Shown here: positions 56,701 through 64,000 of the stretch, piece by piece | Layout of the letters: the number at the start of each line of letters is the position of its first letter | Position numbering within the stretch: the first letter of the stretch is position 1 | DNA from: Entomortierella parvispora E1425 | Lineage: Eukaryota; Fungi; Mortierellomycota | Direction of reading: 5' to 3' | NCBI GenBank assembly: GCA_020891255.1 | Contig: BQFW01000004.1 | Location: 434,001 to 498,000 of the forward strand | DNA length: 64,000 nt | Program-made: the position numbers and the translations under genes | The notes under the pieces: generated by a model | What the model was told of the DNA's origin: nothing | Seen by the model: the letters and a program-made list of their open reading frames with translations, nothing else | Databases searched by the model: none

Positions 56701-57147
56701 GTCTCTCTTTCTTTTCTCTTTGTTCATCTCATGGTTTCCCTTTTCTTTCCTTTTCTTTCCTTTGTCCTTGTGCCATCTTCTTCTCTTTGTCTTCTCTCTT
56801 CAGCCCTTCTGTCCTTCTTCTTCTTCTTGTCCTCATTCAGATTCAACTCAACTCGACTCGACTCATTCCATCGTACAACATTCTCATCCACTCCACTCCA
56901 CTCCCATTCGCTTCCTCTTTTTTTTCTCCCTCTTCCTCTTCTCCAAAAGAAGACACGCACCCTTTTTCAACTCTTCCAACCCCGAATCCCAGTCCACACC
57001 TACTTTGCAACTCTTCAACCCTTTTTCTATCCTCCTCTCCACTGTTCGGACTTTTTTTTTTATTTTTCTGTCTCTCCACATCTCCACACCTCTGCACCTC
57101 AGTACCTTCACTTCGACCTCTGACTGCAAACAAGGGAACTCACAGCC

Positions 57148-58395
57148 ATGGGAAGCTTCAGCAACCTTCGCTCCTTCTTCAGCAGTCATCTCCATATCCT
57201 CTCCACAAAGGACTCTTTTCCTTCCTTACACGCCCATGATCAATTCCAACAGCAACAACAACAACAAAGTCCCGTTCAGTCCAAGGCGCGCCTTCAGGAA
57301 GAAGAGGACTACCCCAGGTTCTACTCCATCTTCAGCGAATTGACGGCCTTGGAGCGTCAACGGGAACAAGCCAAGCATCAATTCCCTTGCGAAGAGCGGC
57401 ACTCGTTCAACCCTCATTACCAGCACAACCTGGTTTCGACCTCGCCTCCCTCGCTCACGTCTTCGCCCACAAACTCGTCCCCTTCTTCCACCTCCTCGCA
57501 CTCCTCGCTCTCAAGGGCATCGGGCGCGAGATCGTTCGGCTATCGCTCAGGAAGCTACTATGGTCAACAACACCACCAGTCATCGCAGCAATCGCTGCAT
57601 CAACAGCCATATCGTCATCACAACTCGTATTACAACAGCCATGGGTACTATAATGGTCTCCACAGCCATGGTGCCAACCACAGCAGCTATAACTATAGTG
57701 GTAATAATAACGGCGGCAATTACAGCTACCACCGTCAGTACAATCGACGTTTGAATCAAGCTACAAGATCACAGCAGCAGTACGAGTACTTTGAAGACGC
57801 CGTGATGATCCATCAGAACGGGTCCACATCGTCTCTGTCCTCTTCCTCTCTTGCAGCCTCGTCGTCTTCTCTCGCGGTCTCTACTTCTCAAAGTCGTCAG
57901 CGATCGGTCTCCAGAGCCACAGTCACCTTCTCTCCGACGACCGAGGTCTACCCTTACGGTACTATTGGACGCCGAGCGAGCAGTCATTCATCTTTGAATG
58001 GTTCCGCAATGCCAAGTATCTCCGAGTCGTCACGGATCTCGCCCGCGATGGACCGCCGTCGACGCCTCTCTGGCGCGTATTCGGAGGCGGACGCCACTTC
58101 TGGCAATAATGCACATGCCGCCACCTCCACCTCCTCTTCCTGTTCTACATTTGGATCTGATCTTCCGTCTGTCACTGTTACTGCCGCGACCACGCAAGGC
58201 AGCACGACTGGAGGATCGCGTGACAGCGACAGCAAGAAGCGAATGACGGCCCATGAGTCCTTGAAACGGATCGCTCAAGTGGCAGCTCATGAAGATGGCT
58301 GGTGCTCTCAAAAGGCTGGTCAATATAGCCGTCAATATGCCGAGACGCGTTCCCGTGGCATCGTTGCCGATGGTCGCCGAAACCGCCGTCTCTGA
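57148..58395 (+). CDS. Hypothetical protein, 415 aa, single exon, largely disordered with a Y/N/H/Q/G-rich segment
   Basis: Long ATG-initiated ORF after a pyrimidine-rich leader; polyQ; short helical-looking blocks (FYSIFSELTALERQREQ; AHESLKRIAQVAAHEDGWC). No family recognised. Confidence 0.75.
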   Translation: MGSFSNLRSFFSSHLHILSTKDSFPSLHAHDQFQQQQQQQSPVQSKARLQEEEDYPRFYSIFSELTALERQREQAKHQFPCEERHSFNPHYQHNLVSTSPPSLTSSPTNSSPSSTSSHSSLSRASGARSFGYRSGSYYGQQHHQSSQQSLHQQPYRHHNSYYNSHGYYNGLHSHGANHSSYNYSGNNNGGNYSYHRQYNRRLNQATRSQQQYEYFEDAVMIHQNGSTSSLSSSSLAASSSSLAVSTSQSRQRSVSRATVTFSPTTEVYPYGTIGRRASSHSSLNGSAMPSISESSRISPAMDRRRRLSGAYSEADATSGNNAHAATSTSSSCSTFGSDLPSVTVTAATTQGSTTGGSRDSDSKKRMTAHESLKRIAQVAAHEDGWCSQKAGQYSRQYAETRSRGIVADGRRNRRL

Positions 58396-59280
58396 TTGTT
58401 TACTACTGGCACCACCGTCACCTCTCCCCTCTCTTTTTTTTTTTTTTTCTATCCTCCGTTTCTCGCCCCTTTGTTATCTCTTGGTCCTTCTTTTCGTTCA
58501 TTTCCTTTTGTATGTTTTTTTTTTCTTTGTTTCTCTTTTTTTCCCGTTCGTCCTGTATCATCACAACAACAACAACAAATCAATGCCGAACCCTGAAGAA
58601 ACCTGGCAACCAAAACGTCCAAAAGGCACACAAACAACAGGCACTGGCTGTTTTGTATTTTTACCTAACCCACCCCTCTGACAGCCAGTGTCTTGCACCC
58701 CTCCTCCCTTTCTCCGTTGTTCCTCCATCTTCATTTTTTGCCCCTTGCCACTCTTTCCCTTTTCTTTCCCAGTGCTCTCTTTTGTTTTCTTTGTTTCTCA
58801 GAAGTTTCTCTCCCCCTCGTTTTGCTTCGATTATGTAAATACCCCCCCTTCTCCTTCCAAAAAAAACCCTTTTTTCGCTTCTTTGATCCTCCAATGAGTG
58901 GCTTCTTGCAGCTTGTAAATATCTTGAAAAATTATACCATAGACGTTAGAGTCTACAAAAATAAAAAAGCTGTCTAGCCCAGCTCCTCTCTTTTCATATA
59001 TATCTCTTTCCTGTTCTACTGAAGTTCAAAAAAAAAAAAAAAAAAAAAAGTAGATTGGTGGCAACTCGGAAACAAAACCCAAAAAAAATTTGACGCGAAA
59101 AAAAAAAAAATGAGAAAGGCGCGACTTCGGGCAAATCCTCCGATCTTTATTTTATTTTTTTTAGTGCAGTAGCGTGTTGTGGGGGAGTAGGTGGGTGAAA
59201 TGGAGTGGAGTAAAAGTAAAAGTGGGTGGGTGGGTGGGTTGGGATGCAAAACTGAAGCTGAAGCTGTTTTGGTTTCTTCC

Positions 59281-61276
59281 TCATTGTTCCGAACCAGCAG
59301 TGATTGCCTTTGTTGGTGCTGGAGCCTCCAAGGCAGGAGGAGGGGTTGCAGCGCCAATGAACGGAAGAAGCGGACTCCTGGGCCGCATCATCCTCCTCAT
59401 TCTCTCGACTTCTTCTCTTGCCGTTGCGACCCGTTTCTCCACTGAACCCTTGGCGGTCTCCACCAAGAATTGGGCCTTGGCTGTCATTTCTCGACTTCGG
59501 GTTTGAATATCCGAGCTGGACTTTTCAATGATGGCGTTGGAAAATTGGGTGACCTCATCTGCCCGGAACTGCAAATAGCCCGTGGTTTGGTTTGCAGTGT
59601 GCAAAAACCCTCCAGCACTCGTCATCAGCGACCCTAGGACGTTGCGGACCACATGGTCATACCACCAGCCGAGTAAGGGCACAGATTGCACAATGCCCTC
59701 CAGCGTCCAAGAATCCTGATGGCTGTAAATCATTGGTCCAATAGGCGACTCCCGGAAAAGGAGTGTGGTCGTGGCAGGGACTTGCATATGAATAAGCGGG
59801 AAGAGACGCGGCCTTAGGTTTTGAAGGACAGAGATCACGGCTGTGTTTCCACTATTGGGACGTTTTTAGTGGCAAAAAGAGGCGGGATAAAGTTAATTCA
59901 GTTGATGCCAACCCTGTCAATGCCTTTGGGCAACGTTTTTTTTTTTTCCTTTTTTTTGGGCTTGGCACTTTTGTTGTTGGTCGAGAATTGTCATTGTTGA
60001 TATTGCTTTCCATCGGTTGTGGTTTTCAAGTGGTGTTATCGATCCTGAGGGGGGAAGGAAAAGTGGATGATGAAGGATGCGTCACATATTTTTTTTGTCC
60101 AATAGGTCCTGAGTGATGGGCGTGTTCTTTTTCCTCTCTTCCGCATGTCCCAACCCCTCGTGTCCCCATAATTTGCCTTTGTTGATGTCGTAATGGTCGC
60201 AAGTGGCATGGTTGCATGATAGGAATGATTTTCCTTGCCTGACCGTCTCTAGTGCTCTCTGACCAAAATAATTGGAATGGTTGGTACCATACTTACTCGA
60301 ATACAATATTGGTCACCTCGGGTTCGTCCTTGTTCAATGAAGTCCAGACACGAAAGACCTTCCTGATATTGAACTTTCCCTCCACTGTTAGTGCTGGATG
60401 GATGTACCTATGTTTTTGTATCGTCAAAGGAATGTTTGGTTACTGTCAATGACCCTTTTTTTTCCAACTCTGGCTTGAGATAAGCCCCGCGAATCAGTCT
60501 TTTAGCAGATTCGTGTCGACATACTTTGCATCGTCTGTGAAAAAGTCGTCCAAGATTTCTTTGTGCATCTCCTCGTCATAGCTGGTTAAACGGTTGGCGA
60601 TCCACCAGATAAACTCCATGTTCTTGTCCACTATTGTGACGATGAAATGAGACGAGACACAGACACATAGACAGACGCGCGTGTTAGTTCGTTCTCTCGA
60701 GAGTTTGTCCGTTGTAAATTCTTGTTTTTTTTCCTGCGACACCACACCATGCAGCCATGGGTTGATATGGATGGGAAGGTCGGTGTCTGTGTAATAGAGG
60801 ATATCTCCCAAAGGCAATCTTCCCCCAACAACAAGAAAGCGCAGAGAGATATCCTCCCCAAAAGAAGAAGGACACACACTTTTCTCTCTAGGTGACGACC
60901 AGATATGAATGATCAAATTAAAAAAAAGGCCATCGTCCGTCAGGGAGAGTGAGTGTTGGGTTTGGATCCACTGAAGGCCAAAAAGGCGCAAAGACGAAAA
61001 TAATTGCTCTGACACATGAAAATCAGAGGCGCGTCCCTTGTCTGCTCGTCGTTATGTAATTTCCCCCCTGTCGTCTCTTGTCTCTTTGTCCCCTTCTCTC
61101 TCAAGCGAAGGAGAAGGAGGGAGGAGGGGGAGGGAGGGAATGCAGTGCCTCTCTGCCTCTTCTTGCATTCGGACTGTTAGGTTACCATTGACAAAGTCAT
61201 TGTTGCTGCCACTAATGTCGCTTAGGTCGCTGATGCTGCTCCTGGATGACCCAAAGCTAATCTCGGGCGAAGTCAT
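59281..61276 (-). CDS. NTF2/SnoaL-like fold protein with helical C-terminal tail; exons 61276-61186, 60630-60525, 60407-60297, 59851-59281 (292 aa)
   Basis: Three canonical introns give a continuous frame: ILDDFFTDDAKYIHPALTVEGKFNIRKVF...VTNIVFDGNTAVISVLQ...TTTLLF...IYSHQDSW, a typical NTF2-like pattern (F-x-x-DA-x-Y-x-HP...G...I; QD-x-W). Confidence 0.75.
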
Positions 61277-61297
61277 GAAGTTGGGGGTATGTTGTGG

Positions 61298-61337
<40 letters not shown>

Positions 61338-61955
61338 GGGAGAGAAAGGGAGAGAGAGGTAGACTGGCGGCTGTGATGAAGTGAAGAGAGAAGAGGAGGT
61401 GAAGGCTGAGAAGAGTGGTGGCGAAGGGAATGAATGAAAGAAAAAATGCAGGAAAGAGGTTCGATTGCAAAAGAGCAAGAGGCCAAAGCAAGGCAAAAGA
61501 AGGCCCAAGACTGAGCATCTCCCCGGGAGTCTCTCTGTCTGTCCGTCTGTCTGTCCATCTGTCCTGTGTCTGTCTCTCTGTCTGTCTCTCTGTCAGCCAC
61601 GCGCACCGACCGATGCTGTGCTCGGGCCAGGGACCTTCCTTTTGTTCCTTTTCTTCTTGTCTTTGTCCTCACTTTCTCGCGCGCGCTCTCTCTCTCTTTC
61701 TTTTCACCATCACCATCACCATCATCATTGTCATACTCTTTGACATCGTTGCTGTGTTTTCGTGTGTTCATTGCAGAAATAATAATAAAATGCTGGGATG
61801 GAGAATATGGGGGGTTTCCTGTATATGGTGAGAGAAGGTGGTAGGGCTAGGAAAAAGAAGAAAAGAAACTGTACTTTTCTAATCTCTTTGATGCTCGGAG
61901 AGGGAGAAAAGAGATCCCCCTCTCCTGTCCTGCTCAGTCCTGTCCTGTTTCTGTC

Positions 61956-63747
61956 TTAGATCGAGATTGTCTTGAAGATGTTGAAGCCGGATCCTGCTGT
62001 AGAGATGACACAGCCGGGGATCTGACGATGCCAGTGCAACTCCTTGACATCCTGCTGACCCTGATGCACAAACATCAGTTGTGGTGGGACCTCCACTCCG
62101 GCATCGTTAACAATCGCCTTTTGACTCGTTCCGTTCAAGGCCTCCTCGGCATCGTGTTCTACAGAGAAATCCCACAAAGTGATCTGATCATCCGCGCCAG
62201 CGACCGCCAACACAGACTCGTCCGTTGGGTGCCACTCGATCGACGTGATGGGTGCCTGGTGCCACTTGAATGTAGCAATGGGGGTGGGGTTGGCAGCGCT
62301 CTGAGACAACTGACGCAAGTCCCAAACACTGAACACACCCTCATCCGATCCAGATGCCAACATGTAGGGCAACTTCTTGTTCCAGCTGATAACGTTCACA
62401 TCCGAGTTGTGCACCTTGACCTCGAGACCAGCTCTCTTCTTGGAACGAACATCCCACACTCTGACAGTCTGATCCGCAGAGCAGGACGCAAACACGCCCT
62501 TTTCTGAAGGAGACCACTGCAAATCCTCAATCGAGCTCTGGTGACCGACAAAAGGAACACGGTCGGGTGTCACGGATCCGTTGGCGCAGTTCAAAGTCGT
62601 CATGTAAATCTTTCCGTTCAAATCACCCGTCAACAAACGACCAGGGACAGTCTCGGACCAGTCCATGGCAAAACCTTCACAACGTCCGTGCGACTCGACA
62701 GTGTAGATGGGCTTCTTGGCCGACTCGGGGATCTGAGTTCCAGGAACGTCCAATGCACGGATATGAGGAGCCAAATCCCAGAGATGCACCTTGCCGGTAT
62801 CTGCCCAAGTGGCAGCAATCTGCTGGTCGCGCTGAGGCATAGCCTTGAAAGATTATGGTAGTTCAAAATGCTCAGTTAGAATCCAATGAGGCCCCAGGAA
62901 TACAGCAAGGGAAAGAGTACAGACATATCGAACCGAGAATAATCTTTGCTTACTCTGATACGGTTAACGCCTCCGTTATGCTTCATGCTCTTGTACTCCA
63001 AGATGGGATCCTCATCAACCTCATCATCATCACTCTCATCGTCACTCATGTTGCCATCATCGTTCTTGGTCTTTGCCAATTGACTCATCTTCATGACCAG
63101 GACCTCGTTGTTCTGGCTCAAGTCGGCCTGGGTACCGGTGACAACATAGGCAGTGGCGGGGAAGGTGCAGCGTTCGTCTCCGAGCTGATCCCAAAGGACA
63201 TCGAAACTGAGGCAGGGCCACTTGACGTTCATGCTGTGCAACATCTCGTAGGCAGATTGATCAGCCTCCAGAACCTCATCCTTCTCCAAAGCCTGTCCTG
63301 GCAAGTAAACGCGCACATCCTTGTCATCTTCCTTGTCCTGGTCCATCTCGATATCGTTCTTGGCCTGGTCCAAGTCCATGCCTAGTCGTCCGTCAAGGTA
63401 ATACAAAGGAATAAATGTATAAGTATTGCGATACACTTTTAGAGGGTAGTCAATCCTCTGTGAGGTCGGTAGACTATCATTCTTCTTTTGAAGGAGCCAG
63501 CAGAGTGGAGTGCCTGGCAACAAAGAAAGAAGAGAGAGAGAGAGAGAGAGAGTCTGGCGGTTGCTTTACCTTCGTCATCGTCATCGTCGTTCTCAATAAT
63601 GACCTCCTGGTCACTCTCGACCTCATCCTCCCAGGGATCCTCAAACTCGCCCATGCCCTCATCCTCAACGGTGATGCGTCCTGCAACATTGAAGTTGGAC
63701 TTTGCCTCCCGCATGTCCTCGTCGTGATCCTGTACTCGCTTGGACAT
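61956..63747 (-). CDS. RRB1: Glutamate-rich WD40 ribosome-assembly protein Rrb1/GRWD1; exons 63747-63570, 63381-62954, 62843-61956 (497 aa)
   Basis: MGEFEDPWEDE, SAYEMLHSMNVKWPCLSFD, GGVNRIR|AMPQ, WD repeats (SIEDLQWSP, DVNVISWN, ITSIEWHP), terminal LMFVHQGQQDVKELHWHRQIPG...GFNIFKTI. Confidence 0.95.
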
Positions 63748-64000
63748 GATGAAATGAAGTGTAGATTAAAGAAGGGTACTAATAAACAAAAGGGGGAAAC
63801 CAAAGATGCAGTGTGGGGGCGGGATGGTATCAAAAGAGGAATGTATGAATGAAATGAAATGAATGCAAGGAGCAATGAAGAACAAAAACAAGCAAAAAAG
63901 TTGAGTGATGCCGAAGTAGAAAGGTGCAGAGCAAAAAAAAAAAAAAAAAGCGATAAACAAAGTGACTGCTTTAATCAAGACAAGGAACAAGGCGCAGGCA

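Noticed and set aside
1-64000. tRNA, rRNA, snRNA genes and transposase/reverse-transcriptase ORFs
   Set aside because: GTTCGA-type hits fall inside coding or low-complexity sequence without cloverleaf context, and no RT/DDE motifs were seen by eye. tRNAscan-SE, Infernal and RepeatMasker runs would be needed to exclude them formally.

Overview
This is eukaryotic, intron-containing fungal DNA (GT-AG introns with CTAAC/CTGAC branch points, polyQ proteins, abundant homopolymers and microsatellites). Gene style suggests Mucoromycota, probably Mortierellaceae; this is an inference. Recognisable conserved genes are TIM54, the PMC1-type Ca2+ P-type ATPase, nucleoporin NSP1, RRB1/GRWD1 and an AP-1/YAP-like bZIP factor. 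Also present are a PARP-like ADP-ribosyltransferase, a Kelch-repeat membrane protein, an NTF2/SnoaL-like protein, a probable ML-domain pseudogene and several orphans. Two things stand out. (1) Six co-oriented (minus-strand), mostly single-exon, paralogous C2H2 zinc-finger genes lie in two sub-clusters (6.2-19.7 kb and 37.4-42.4 kb). They have divergent recognition helices, fingers with long Cys-rich inserts, a shared C-terminal Cys/His cap, one double-module member, and apparently decaying ORFs between them. (2) A ~950-bp nested inverted repeat (17331-18270) of five diverged ~150-bp units, with a perfect 63-bp inverted core, sits inside the first sub-cluster. I saw no tRNA, rRNA, CRISPR array or transposase. 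All exon models were built by eye from splice signals and frame continuity.
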